From positions 31,443 to 95,442 of the IMG/VR virus record IMGVR_UViG_3300045988_120470: a DNA stretch of 64,000 bases. One strand, written 5' to 3'. Below the pieces are notes generated by a model, which was not told the origin of the DNA, searched no databases, and saw only the letters and a program-made list of their open reading frames with translations. A program made the translations under genes and the position numbers. The DNA is from a virus. Positions 56,344 through 64,000 of this stretch are shown here, piece by piece. Position 1 is the stretch's first letter. Each line of letters opens with the position of its first letter.

Positions 56344-56577
56344 CTACTGTTTGTAAACTTCAATTGTCTCTATCGCCTCACAGTCTATATAACTGTTGCA
56401 AGCCTTGCCCTGCACTGAGATAACCTCCGTGTCGATGTTGTAGCCGATGATGTCGTCCTCGCCGCTGTCGCCGTTCGCGAAACTGAAGCACACGTCATTG
56501 TGGTGCGTCTTGATCACTCCATGCTGAAGGTTGCTCTGTGCAGCCATCAATATCGTTTTAACTGTTGCAAATTTCAT
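56344..56577 (-). CDS. hypothetical protein
   Basis: 77-aa ORF preceded by the palindromic motif. Confidence 0.45.
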   Translation of the reverse strand: MKFATVKTILMAAQSNLQHGVIKTHHNDVCFSFANGDSGEDDIIGYNIDTEVISVQGKACNSYIDCEAIETIEVYKQ

Positions 56578-56634
56578 TGTTTTCTATTGTTTTTAGAGGG
56601 TTGTATAATATAGGGTGCTTTCTTGTGAGACGCA

Positions 56635-56814
56635 TCAGAATGTCTGACGGAGGCAAGAGAACAGCGCATCAAGTCCTAAGTTATACTCTATGCGCTCTTT
56701 GTTGCCGAACTCGTCAGGATCAGGAGGCGTGAGGGTGATGTACTCGATGATGCGTGTCATTGCCTCACGGAGGCTTGCTTTATCCATGTCTATTGTTATA
56801 ACTGTCTTTTCCAT
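56635..56814 (-). CDS. hypothetical protein
   Basis: 59 aa from the ATG at 56814 (MEKTVITIDMDK...). The longer track ORF adds an implausible leader. Confidence 0.4.
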   Translation of the reverse strand: MEKTVITIDMDKASLREAMTRIIEYITLTPPDPDEFGNKERIEYNLGLDALFSCLRQTF

Positions 56815-56961
56815 TATTTTGTTGTTTTTATTTGTTCGTAAATGCTCCTCCCAACAAAGGGAGGAAGAAAACGGCTGCACCGAATAAAGAGAACAGCACT
56901 ATGCACATACAGACTACTGTCAACGCTGCAACGATATAGGTTAAAACCTTCTTCATTCGCT

Positions 56962-57591
56962 CTATTTTATGAAATGATTTCCCTCCAGCTTCGCCATCGT
57001 CTCAAGATAGACCATTTGCGAGGTGTAATAACAGAGGTTTTCGTATGTAACAATCCAGTTGTTATACTCTTTTTTTATGCGGTCACTCCCATTCGTGAGG
57101 TCGAAGAGTCGCTTCCAACGCTGATAAATCTCGTCTGTGTAGTCTCTCAACGGTCTGAGAGATGTTTCCAAGTCGCAAGGCTTAGAATATACAGGTGCCG
57201 GATGAACAATCTCACCATTTGCAACCTTGTGGAATACCTGACGGTAGACCTCGAACACGGAGCGAACCTTGCGGGCGATGAAGAACTCAAGGCAGGGGAC
57301 GGAGAGCATGTAAATCTCTATCGGGCGACCATTTCTGACTTTTCCCCCGTTTTGGGCTAAAACCTCGGAGTTTTCGCCATTTTGGGCTAAAACTTGATAA
57401 TCAACGTTTTGCAGAAACAAATCGTTAGATTTTAAAGCTCTTACGGCTTTTTCTTTGGCCGAATACACCAACGGCCACACATCATCCAGATTAACCGGAA
57501 ATTCCTCACTGTCTTTCGACATTCTTAATACTTCTTCAAAGTACGCCTTAATCTCTTGGCCGGTACTTTGTTTTGTTAATTGTAGAATCAT
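56962..57591 (-). CDS. antirepressor/KilA-C-like DNA-binding protein (tentative)
   Basis: 209 aa. ...EFPVNLDDVWPLVYSAKEKAVRALK... resembles phage Ant/KilAC-type proteins. There is an internal duplication, VLAQNG..(x2). Confidence 0.35.
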   Translation of the reverse strand: MILQLTKQSTGQEIKAYFEEVLRMSKDSEEFPVNLDDVWPLVYSAKEKAVRALKSNDLFLQNVDYQVLAQNGENSEVLAQNGGKVRNGRPIEIYMLSVPCLEFFIARKVRSVFEVYRQVFHKVANGEIVHPAPVYSKPCDLETSLRPLRDYTDEIYQRWKRLFDLTNGSDRIKKEYNNWIVTYENLCYYTSQMVYLETMAKLEGNHFIK

Positions 57592-57648
57592 ATTGTTTTG
57601 ATTAAAAAATTGAAATCCTCAATATTTTACACACGCTATAAAGAGGCG

Positions 57649-57930
57649 TTACCACTTGATGCACACTACCATTGCCACGAACATTACCACCACGCCGAAG
57701 CCGAGGTATTGCCAACCCGTCATTATCACGGGGTCCTCCTTGTCGGTGAAGTTGTGGCGGTTGTTGAGCCACTGGCACACGCTCAATACTGCACACTGTG
57801 CCAGTCCGAAGGCTTTCGCCGTGCACTGCAAGACATACACAAGGCAAAGCACCAGGCATCTGCAAAAAGATCTTGCTACGTCCAATGCGCTCACATTGGG
57901 CGCGGTCGGTGTTGTTACTATTGCTTTCAT
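57649..57930 (-). CDS. small membrane protein, paralog of 61584..61889
   Basis: 93 aa. It shares MK..T.TP..., ...DP(V/I)..TGWQ(Y/F).G... and a C-terminal TM helix with the 101-aa ORF at 61.6 kb. Confidence 0.55.
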   Translation of the reverse strand: MKAIVTTPTAPNVSALDVARSFCRCLVLCLVYVLQCTAKAFGLAQCAVLSVCQWLNNRHNFTDKEDPVIMTGWQYLGFGVVVMFVAMVVCIKW

Positions 57931-57961
57931 ATCTTTCTAATTTTATAGGGTTTATAACATA

Positions 57962-58046
57962 GTCGCCCGACGAGGAGTCGAACCTCGTCCACGTGTCAGC
58001 CGTGCGGGCGGTGTACCGTGGCTATCCTCACGGATTACCACAGCCG
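57962..58046 (-). ncRNA. hairpin + tRNA-like element, copy C (best preserved)
   Basis: GCTGTGG-TA-ATCC-GTGA-GGAT-AG-CCACGGT hairpin, then a 6-bp CGCCCG/CGGGCG helix enclosing CACG-GCTGACA-CGTG and ACGAGG-TTCGACT-CCTCGT (canonical T loop). G.U pairs fit only the minus strand. Confidence 0.5.
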
Positions 58047-58229
58047 AAAACAAATAAATACGATTCTATAAAGTATTAAAATGTCATTTCTTGATTTTCA
58101 ATTTTTCCGTGATGTTTTATGTATTCTATAATATAGGTTTCTTGTTTCGGATGGAGAAGGGCGGCGGCTTATCGTGCCGCCCAGCCTCCTTTATGCTGCT
58201 TTGCTCTCGTTGTTCGGGATAGAGGTATT

Positions 58230-58502
58230 CTAAGATATTTTGTATTTGCCTATCTTAACAGCATAACCGATTTTGGTCAGCTTCGTTCGTCCGAAGGCCA
58301 ACACGTCGCTGTACCAAGATGTATATGTAAGAAATATGCTGTTATCCTTCTGGGTGCAGCCGAGTATATCACAACTGACGCGATGCCCCCGTTGCAAATG
58401 CTTTATATAGGCTTCCTTCGCCTCTCTTAATGTTCTATGACATTCGCCGCCAAATTTATACGGTTCATATATGTCAAACTTATAATAATCTATTCTTACC
58501 AT
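58230..58502 (-). CDS. hypothetical protein
   Basis: 90-aa ORF. Confidence 0.45.
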   Translation of the reverse strand: MVRIDYYKFDIYEPYKFGGECHRTLREAKEAYIKHLQRGHRVSCDILGCTQKDNSIFLTYTSWYSDVLAFGRTKLTKIGYAVKIGKYKIS

Positions 58503-58648
58503 AAATCAGTATGTTTTTATAGGGTCTATAATCGGGCACGCTGCTTGCCCAACTGGGGTAACGTGCTTGCCCATCATGGGCAACGTGCTTGCCCCAGTTG
58601 GGCAGATTTGCTGTCAGAGGTCTGCCCAATAAGTTGATGACGTAATAC

Positions 58649-58924
58649 TCATCTTTCTGTTTTCTGTGTTCTGCCGGCTCCGTTGATACGTTCCGTAAGT
58701 TTCACGCCTGGGCGGAAGCGGACAAGCGTTTCAAAGGCTGCCTGATAGGTGGCGAATTTCTGGGGAAAGGAGCAGCCGCCGCCGTTTTCGTCGCTCACAT
58801 TGACGAACACCATAAAGCCAGACGGCACGCGCTGGATTTCGTGGCGATAGTTGCCCGATGCTGTAGACTGGATAAATACCCATGTAGGGAGGTTGTTTGT
58901 TATAACGGAATTGTGATTTACCAT
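58649..58924 (-). CDS. hypothetical protein
   Basis: 91-aa ORF. Confidence 0.45.
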   Translation of the reverse strand: MVNHNSVITNNLPTWVFIQSTASGNYRHEIQRVPSGFMVFVNVSDENGGGCSFPQKFATYQAAFETLVRFRPGVKLTERINGAGRTQKTER

Positions 58925-58972
58925 AATTTTCTAATATTTTGCATGTTCTATAATATAGGGGCTTTCTTCTGA

Positions 58973-59005
58973 GCGTGTGCGAAATCCTCAATATTTCGCA
59001 CACGC
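58973..59005 (-). other. 13-bp perfect stem-loop after the 742-aa gene
   Basis: GCGTGTGCGAAAT-cctcaat-ATTTCGCACACGC with no U-run. The right half plus its flank is repeated at 57612-57648. Confidence 0.5.
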
Positions 59006-59019
59006 TATAAATAGGGAGT

Positions 59020-61248
59020 CTATGCGACGGCGTGCTGCTTCGGGTGTGGCGTGCCGAACAGGGTTTGCCATTCTTCGGGCGTGAGCACTTCGGCGGCTCT
59101 GCGGTCGGCGGTACTGCTTAGCCTCTGGATAGCCTCCAAGGCGCAGGACGTAGCCGCCCGCCCGCCGACGCTCTCGGGCGGTATGCTCGCGGCTAACGTC
59201 ATAAGGTCATACACCTCCACGCCCAAGGCGTTGAGGGCATACAGCCGGGCGCGTAATGCGTCCAACGGGTTTTTATGCCTGCCGCTTTGGCGAAGGTCGG
59301 CGGCGACGTAACGCAATAGGGCGAGGCGGTCGGCGGTCGGCGTTGGTGCGGTGTCTGTGATTTCTCCGGCCTCGTATAACGTAGCATTCGCGCCCGTCTG
59401 GGCGGTTGTGCTGTCGGTTTCCGTTGGCTCGGTGTCGTCGGCTTCTGTCGGTTCGGTGCTGTCGCTTGTCGTGGTGGGTGTGTGCTCACCCTGGGCGGTC
59501 GGTGCGGTCGGTGCGTTCTTCTGTGGCTCACTCTCGTTGGCTGTGTCGGCTTCTTCGGCGGTCGGGGTAGCAGACACCCCGAACCACTCGCGAAGGCGTG
59601 CCACGGCCTCCGGCTCGCTTGCTTGCCACTGCTGGGCGGCCTTGTTCCAGGTCGCGCCGTGCGCCTTGATCTGCTTGCGGTTGCGGTAGGTCGTGCGGCT
59701 GTCGCCTACCACTGCCACACCCTCGGCGATGCTGACCAGTTGCAGACCCTCGGCGGGTGCGTCGGTGTCGGTCTGTGCTGCATCCTGAGCAGGTGCCGCG
59801 GTGTCGATACGCTCCTCCTCTGTGGCGGTGCGCTTGGTCGGTGTCGGGTCGGTCGGCTTGGTATAGCTGCGGAGATTCCACGCACGGCGGGCGAGGGCTG
59901 CGGCGTTGTCGTTGTAGCCAAAGGCGAAGACGTCGAACACGTCCACGCCCAGGGCAGCGGCCACGGCCTCGGCCTCCTTGGCTGTGTAGGTGTAGTTATT
60001 GTAATATCCGTGATTGTCCGTAACGTTAGCAGCTGGCACGGCGGCGAAGATGTCGGCTAACAGTGCGGCGCGTGCCTCGTCCGACATCTCGCGGCTTGTC
60101 TTAATGTCGCCCCCGTTGCTGCCCATGGTCAGGCGGGCGAACTCGGCGAACTCGGTATAATATACGTCGGTGGAATCGTCCCAGCCGTTGAAGGTATCGC
60201 GACGGCTGCAAAACAAATCAAGATCCACGCTGTCTTTAAATTCTTCCTCGGTCGGTCCGTCGGTCCATGTTAGTTCAAAATCGGCACCCCAGCCACGGCG
60301 CACAGATACGGAGAACTTCACGCCGGGGAAGGCGGCGGCGCACATCGCCAAAATGTTAGCCTTCCGGGCGTTGTCTATCTTTCGGGCGGTGGCCTTCTCC
60401 TGCTCCATCTTCTCAACGTTACGCATTAATGGCGACCACTTCGCGCAACGCTCGCGATACTGGGCAAGGCGTGCCGCCTTCTCTTCTGCTGCCTGGCGCT
60501 CTTGCTCGGCTTGTCTCTTTTCCTGGGCAGCCTTAACGGCTTCCAGTTCGTCGGCGAGCATCACGGGCCACTCTATCGGCAAATATATGTAGCGGGCGTA
60601 ATTGTAGCCCTCCGAATCGATAAAAAAGTACTTACCAGATGGCGACACAACGAGGGCGCCGACGGTGTAGAATGTGGCTAATTTCTCGGGGTCGTTGTAA
60701 TATTCGTTATCGTCTTCGGCCACATCCTCGGAGCGGCTGAAGCCTTGCAGGTGGTGGAGTGTTACGAGTTCGTCGGCCAATCCTGGGCGGTTAAAATCTT
60801 CCTCGCTCACATGGAAGATTTGAGCGACACAACAGAGGCGGGCGGGCTGCTCCTCGTCGGCGTGTGTGTAATAAGTGAGGTTGTGCAGCTCCTCGAATAG
60901 TCCGCGGCTTCCGTCACACTTTAAGCCGCTATTATCAGCCCAGAAGAAGCCACCCACGGCGGGCACACCTTCGAGGCGGTCGGCCTCCTGTGCATGCTCT
61001 GCGTACTTGGTGCGCTGGCGTGCTGCCTTCTTCTCTGCGATGATCTCGCGGGCCTTCGCCTCGGCTTCCTCGGTCGTGGTCTTGCCGAAGGTCTTAATAT
61101 ATGCCGGACGTGATACGGGCGACATGGTGCCACACCATCCGCACATACAAATATATTGCTCGTTATCGCTGTAATACTGTGCGCTCTCGGCCTTGTCGGC
61201 GAATACATTTACTAAATTCTCGGCGATCTGGTTAAATGTTGCTTTCAT
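59020..61248 (-). CDS. large multidomain protein of unknown function (polyvalent-protein-like)
   Basis: 742 aa and GC-rich. It has a central coiled coil, Thr/Pro/Ala/Glu-rich linkers, and a ...GDSRTTYRNRKQIKAHGATWNKAAQQWQ... module of the G.TY...K..IK..GA.W......W type seen as an add-on domain in phage and conjugative-element proteins. Confidence 0.5.
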   Translation of the reverse strand: MKATFNQIAENLVNVFADKAESAQYYSDNEQYICMCGWCGTMSPVSRPAYIKTFGKTTTEEAEAKAREIIAEKKAARQRTKYAEHAQEADRLEGVPAVGGFFWADNSGLKCDGSRGLFEELHNLTYYTHADEEQPARLCCVAQIFHVSEEDFNRPGLADELVTLHHLQGFSRSEDVAEDDNEYYNDPEKLATFYTVGALVVSPSGKYFFIDSEGYNYARYIYLPIEWPVMLADELEAVKAAQEKRQAEQERQAAEEKAARLAQYRERCAKWSPLMRNVEKMEQEKATARKIDNARKANILAMCAAAFPGVKFSVSVRRGWGADFELTWTDGPTEEEFKDSVDLDLFCSRRDTFNGWDDSTDVYYTEFAEFARLTMGSNGGDIKTSREMSDEARAALLADIFAAVPAANVTDNHGYYNNYTYTAKEAEAVAAALGVDVFDVFAFGYNDNAAALARRAWNLRSYTKPTDPTPTKRTATEEERIDTAAPAQDAAQTDTDAPAEGLQLVSIAEGVAVVGDSRTTYRNRKQIKAHGATWNKAAQQWQASEPEAVARLREWFGVSATPTAEEADTANESEPQKNAPTAPTAQGEHTPTTTSDSTEPTEADDTEPTETDSTTAQTGANATLYEAGEITDTAPTPTADRLALLRYVAADLRQSGRHKNPLDALRARLYALNALGVEVYDLMTLAASIPPESVGGRAATSCALEAIQRLSSTADRRAAEVLTPEEWQTLFGTPHPKQHAVA

Positions 61249-61311
61249 AATCTTTGTATTTTATTTTGTTAAAAATTCGGTGTTATAAGATGTTGCCTAT
61301 AATATAGGGCG

Positions 61312-61548
61312 TTAATCCTCGATAGGTTCACCGTTACGGCGGTAGTGTGTGCCGTTGTTCTTCACGGCATCACGGAGGCGGCGGAAGGCGGCGAGGGTCG
61401 GCGCTTCGGCGTTCTTGGTGTCGTCGATCATTGTCATATCGGTTATATATGCGCGCCAATAGTCGCCACGTGTCGGGGTTGTATAAGTTACAATATATCG
61501 GCCATATCCGGCAACATGGAAATTAAAAGCAAATCTAATATTATTCAT
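61312..61548 (-). CDS. hypothetical protein
   Basis: 78-aa ORF. Confidence 0.45.
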   Translation of the reverse strand: MNNIRFAFNFHVAGYGRYIVTYTTPTRGDYWRAYITDMTMIDDTKNAEAPTLAAFRRLRDAVKNNGTHYRRNGEPIED

Positions 61549-61583
61549 AATCTTGAATTTTGTTTATTGTTAAAAATTCGGTG

Positions 61584-61889
61584 TTAATATATATATGTCA
61601 TAATAGGGCGTAAATACTTAATGCTAAGTAATACGACGACCACGGCGGCGGCTATGTTGTAGCCGACGAACTGCCAGCCGGTGCAGCGGATGGGGTCGCC
61701 ATCCTGGGCACAAAACTCATGCGAGGCACGGAGCCAGGCGCGGGCGGCTATTGTGAAGCGTCGGGCAGTTCTCAGGGCTGCGGCGGTACGCTGTGCGCCG
61801 TATGTGGCGGCAAGGGTGAGAGACTGAGCCAGGGCGCGCACAACGGCGGCGGCTGTGATGGTCTGAGGGGTGGCGGTTGTTGTCTTCAT
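61584..61889 (-). CDS. small membrane protein, paralog of 57649..57930
   Basis: 101 aa. It has the same end architecture (...GDPIRCTGWQFVGYNIAAAVVVVLLSIKY...) but a much higher GC content. Confidence 0.5.
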   Translation of the reverse strand: MKTTTATPQTITAAAVVRALAQSLTLAATYGAQRTAAALRTARRFTIAARAWLRASHEFCAQDGDPIRCTGWQFVGYNIAAAVVVVLLSIKYLRPIMTYIY

Positions 61890-61925
61890 TGTGTAATTTT
61901 TAAAAATTGCTTAATACCGGATTTC

Positions 61926-63263
61926 TCAAATTTTCGCAGGGCCTATAATATAAGGATTTTGCGCAGGTGCAACGTCGAGCGTGTCGGCGTTGTCGGTGCT
62001 CTCTGCTGTCTGGATGCTGTCAGATGATACGGCGGGCGCAATGTCGAGCGTGTCGGCGTTGTCGGTGCTCTCTGCTGTCTGGATGCTGTCGGATGATACG
62101 GCGGGCGCAATGTCGAGCGTGTCGGCGTTGTCGCCTTCTGTCACATCCTCGACAGGCGCGGCAAATGCTGCAAAGGCGTTATAATTACATTCTAATTTCG
62201 TTTTCTCGTTGTCGGCGGCGGTCGCTGTCGTTGTCAGGATTTCTTTTTTGTCACACGATGCGATCATTGCAACACATTTTGCACCGGCAAATACCATACT
62301 TTCATTTTGTGCTATATACAAGGTATCGGCGGCGTTATTAATGGTTTTCAAACGTACCGCCGAACAAGCAGCCGCGAAGGTGGCGGCGAGGTGTTCAGCC
62401 AGTGCAACACGGCGCGTAATTTCGCCGCCGTCGCCTTGTGCTGATATTGTTATAAAGTTGTCGCCGTTATATCCTGATAAACAAACATATTCACAGCCTG
62501 CAGCCTTTGCAACGGCGGCGGCGGTCTTTTTTAGTCCGCGGATGCTTTTTGCAAATCGCACGGGCGCAGACTCGTCTACATGCGAAAAGACGCTTTTATA
62601 ATTCGGGTATCTTTCCGGGATCTCGTGACAGCTCGCACCATTTGAGGCAACGGCGCACAGGGTGCCACCTTCTTTATATATTGATACCTCGCAGCCCTTC
62701 GCATGCTTTATAAATGCACGATTAAGAGTGACGCCGCCGAAGGTGAACGCGTCGGCGTTAAATACTTGAGCATCGACGAGACGGGAAACATTAAGCGCGA
62801 AACTATCGCAGCAACATGCGAGACCGGCGGCGAGATCTAAATAAACGCCTTGCAACTGTGGGTGGCATCCTTTGCGCGGATCCTCGCACGCGGCGAGACT
62901 GTCACATAAAACAGCATCCAACGTAAAAACGGCGACGGCCTCGCCGTGCTCCTCGACACGCTGAAAAACAGCGCGCGCCTTTGTTCCTACCTTTGCCAAA
63001 CGCTCGAATTTATAAGCCAGCACAAACGCCAGGCGCGCCGGGTAGCTACATTCGAAACCGTCAACACTAATATTAATAAGCTCTTCGGCGTCGTATTCTT
63101 TGCGAAAATACACGCCGGCGGGCGCTGTCTTGCAAGTTGTGCCAACTTTTGCCAGTTCAGCCAGCGAGTAAACGCCGGCGGGAGCATTTACACCATCGTT
63201 AAAAACACGTTCAGCGGCGGTGCGCATCTCGTTATATATATAAATATTCTTTTCCATATTCAT
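61926..63263 (-). CDS. divergent sliding-clamp-like protein with C-terminal 23-aa tandem repeats
   Basis: 445 aa. ...HEIPERYPNYKSVFS... parallels the clamp motif of 37733..38920. The C-terminus carries DNADTLDIAPAVSSDSIQTAEST x2.3. Confidence 0.45.
   Translation of the reverse strand: MNMEKNIYIYNEMRTAAERVFNDGVNAPAGVYSLAELAKVGTTCKTAPAGVYFRKEYDAEELINISVDGFECSYPARLAFVLAYKFERLAKVGTKARAVFQRVEEHGEAVAVFTLDAVLCDSLAACEDPRKGCHPQLQGVYLDLAAGLACCCDSFALNVSRLVDAQVFNADAFTFGGVTLNRAFIKHAKGCEVSIYKEGGTLCAVASNGASCHEIPERYPNYKSVFSHVDESAPVRFAKSIRGLKKTAAAVAKAAGCEYVCLSGYNGDNFITISAQGDGGEITRRVALAEHLAATFAAACSAVRLKTINNAADTLYIAQNESMVFAGAKCVAMIASCDKKEILTTTATAADNEKTKLECNYNAFAAFAAPVEDVTEGDNADTLDIAPAVSSDSIQTAESTDNADTLDIAPAVSSDSIQTAESTDNADTLDVAPAQNPYIIGPAKI
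61974..62133. repeat. 69-bp tandem repeat, 2.3 copies (coding)
   Basis: The units start at 61974, 62043 and 62112. The two full copies differ at a single position. Confidence 0.85.
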
Positions 63264-63269
63264 TTATAA

Positions 63270-63506
63270 TTAAAGTTTGTTGCGCATTATTAGAAGGCCC
63301 GCTTTTGCCAAGACAGCAAAAAAGAAATTAAAGAACGTAATGGAAGCCAAAACGGATCCAGCAAAGGGATTTTTTCCGAAATATGCCACAAAACCGCCAA
63401 AATTTACGACCGTGTTATATGTATCAATATCAATTAATACCAAAACGATCAAACAAGCGATCGAAAAGAATAAGCCTAAAAAAATTCTAAATGGTTTCAT
63501 AATCAT
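63270..63506 (-). CDS. small membrane protein
   Basis: 78 aa with two or three hydrophobic segments. It is the first gene after the divergent promoter region. Confidence 0.5.
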   Translation of the reverse strand: MIMKPFRIFLGLFFSIACLIVLVLIDIDTYNTVVNFGGFVAYFGKNPFAGSVLASITFFNFFFAVLAKAGLLIMRNKL

Positions 63507-63536
63507 AAGTATTTATTTGTTATTTGTTTACGATTG

Positions 63537-63544
63537 CAAAGATA
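63537..63544 (-). promoter_or_regulatory. Bacteroidota -7 box (TATCTTTG)
   Basis: 30 nt upstream of the ATG at 63506. Confidence 0.45.
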
Positions 63545-63640
63545 TAAAGATATATTCATACTACCAAACAAAACATAAAGAAATATTTATATTTAACGTT
63601 CATTAATATAAATATATCTTCATATCTTATATATAATGTG

Positions 63641-63648
63641 TATCTTTG
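63641..63648 (+). promoter_or_regulatory. Bacteroidota -7 box (TATCTTTG)
   Basis: 26 nt upstream of the ATG at 63675, divergent from the 63537 box. Confidence 0.45.
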
Positions 63649-63674
63649 CACAATCACAATATAAATAGAATCTT

Positions 63675-64000
63675 ATGCAAGTATATATAAAAGAGATGTT
63701 AGCCGCCAAAGGACTAACACAAAAGGATATAGCAAAAAAAATGGGTGTTACCCAGTCTAATATATCCGCCACAATCTCGCGCCCATCGTTCCCTACATTA
63801 GAGCGCATCGCCACCGCCTTAGATGCCGAGCCGTGGCAGCTGCTCGCCCCTCCTTCCGTCGTTGAGGAGCTGAAGCAAGCCAGGGCGCAGCGTTCAGGCG
63901 TTGGCGGTGGTGGATTGGTGGGTGTCGTGCGTGTCGGCTGTGAGATCTACACCGCCGACACCGTGCAGCAGCTCCGCGCCATCGTCGAGCGTCTGGAGCG
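63675..64000 (+). CDS. XRE-family HTH regulator (3' end beyond the window)
   Basis: This ORF is not in the track because it is still open at the window edge. MQVYIKEMLAAKGLTQKDIAKKMGVTQSNISATISRPSFPTLERIATALDAEPWQLL is a typical Cro/CI-type HTH. Confidence 0.7.
   Translation, partial: MQVYIKEMLAAKGLTQKDIAKKMGVTQSNISATISRPSFPTLERIATALDAEPWQLLAPPSVVEELKQARAQRSGVGGGGLVGVVRVGCEIYTADTVQQLRAIVERLE

Noticed and set aside
56600-61960. The TATAGGG-containing motif as a T7-like single-subunit RNAP promoter.
   Set aside because: I recognised no phage RNA polymerase gene in the window. In the TATAGGG orientation the motif would drive antisense transcription, and the sequence is a symmetric palindrome better explained as an operator.

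Overview
This 64-kb window is gene-dense and almost entirely phage-like, with no recognisable host flank. It reads as a large segment of a tailed-phage or phage-plasmid genome from a Bacteroidota host. The host call rests on 12 intergenic TAnnTTTG -7 boxes lying 14-100 nt upstream of start codons.

Modules from left to right:
1. 0.4-9.7 kb, minus strand: late/structural block with YopX, an ASCH-like gene, many unknowns, a 186-aa protein with a candidate -1 frameshift extension, a major-capsid candidate and an S49 protease-scaffold fusion.
2. 9.7-16.6 kb: a CAT-anticodon tRNA and nucleotide-metabolism genes (MazG, ThyX-like, guanylate-kinase-like, primase-like).
3. 16.8-20.3 kb, plus strand: accessory block of membrane and secreted Cys-rich proteins plus a LysR regulator, followed by a 780-bp repeat-laden non-coding region.
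4. 21.1-28.2 kb: tape-measure operon.
5. 28.4-35.2 kb, plus strand: packaging block in which a radical-SAM gene, a PAPS-reductase-like gene and a DNA methyltransferase sit between a putative small terminase and the large terminase.
6. 35.3-45.6 kb, minus strand: replication block with a sliding clamp, an SSB-like protein, a 1222-aa primase-helicase and a DnaQ-like exonuclease.
7. 48.0-53.1 kb: plasmid-like maintenance module (Rep initiator, inverted 22-bp iteron arrays around an AT-rich core, ParA plus an RHH partner) and a truncated NAD-ligase.
8. 53-63.5 kb: early-gene-like block of small ORFs punctuated by a palindromic motif and tRNA-like RNA elements. It ends at a divergent promoter pair with an XRE-type regulator.

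I did not recognise an integrase, portal, baseplate/fibre or DNA polymerase gene in the window.

The most interesting observations are:
- the combination of phage structural genes with a plasmid maintenance module;
- a small family of hairpin + tRNA-like RNA elements;
- several candidate recoding or frame-break sites (an A_AAA_AAC heptamer, in-frame TAG/TAA codons and two homopolymer breaks).

All functional calls come from motif recognition by eye and gene order. None is database-verified.
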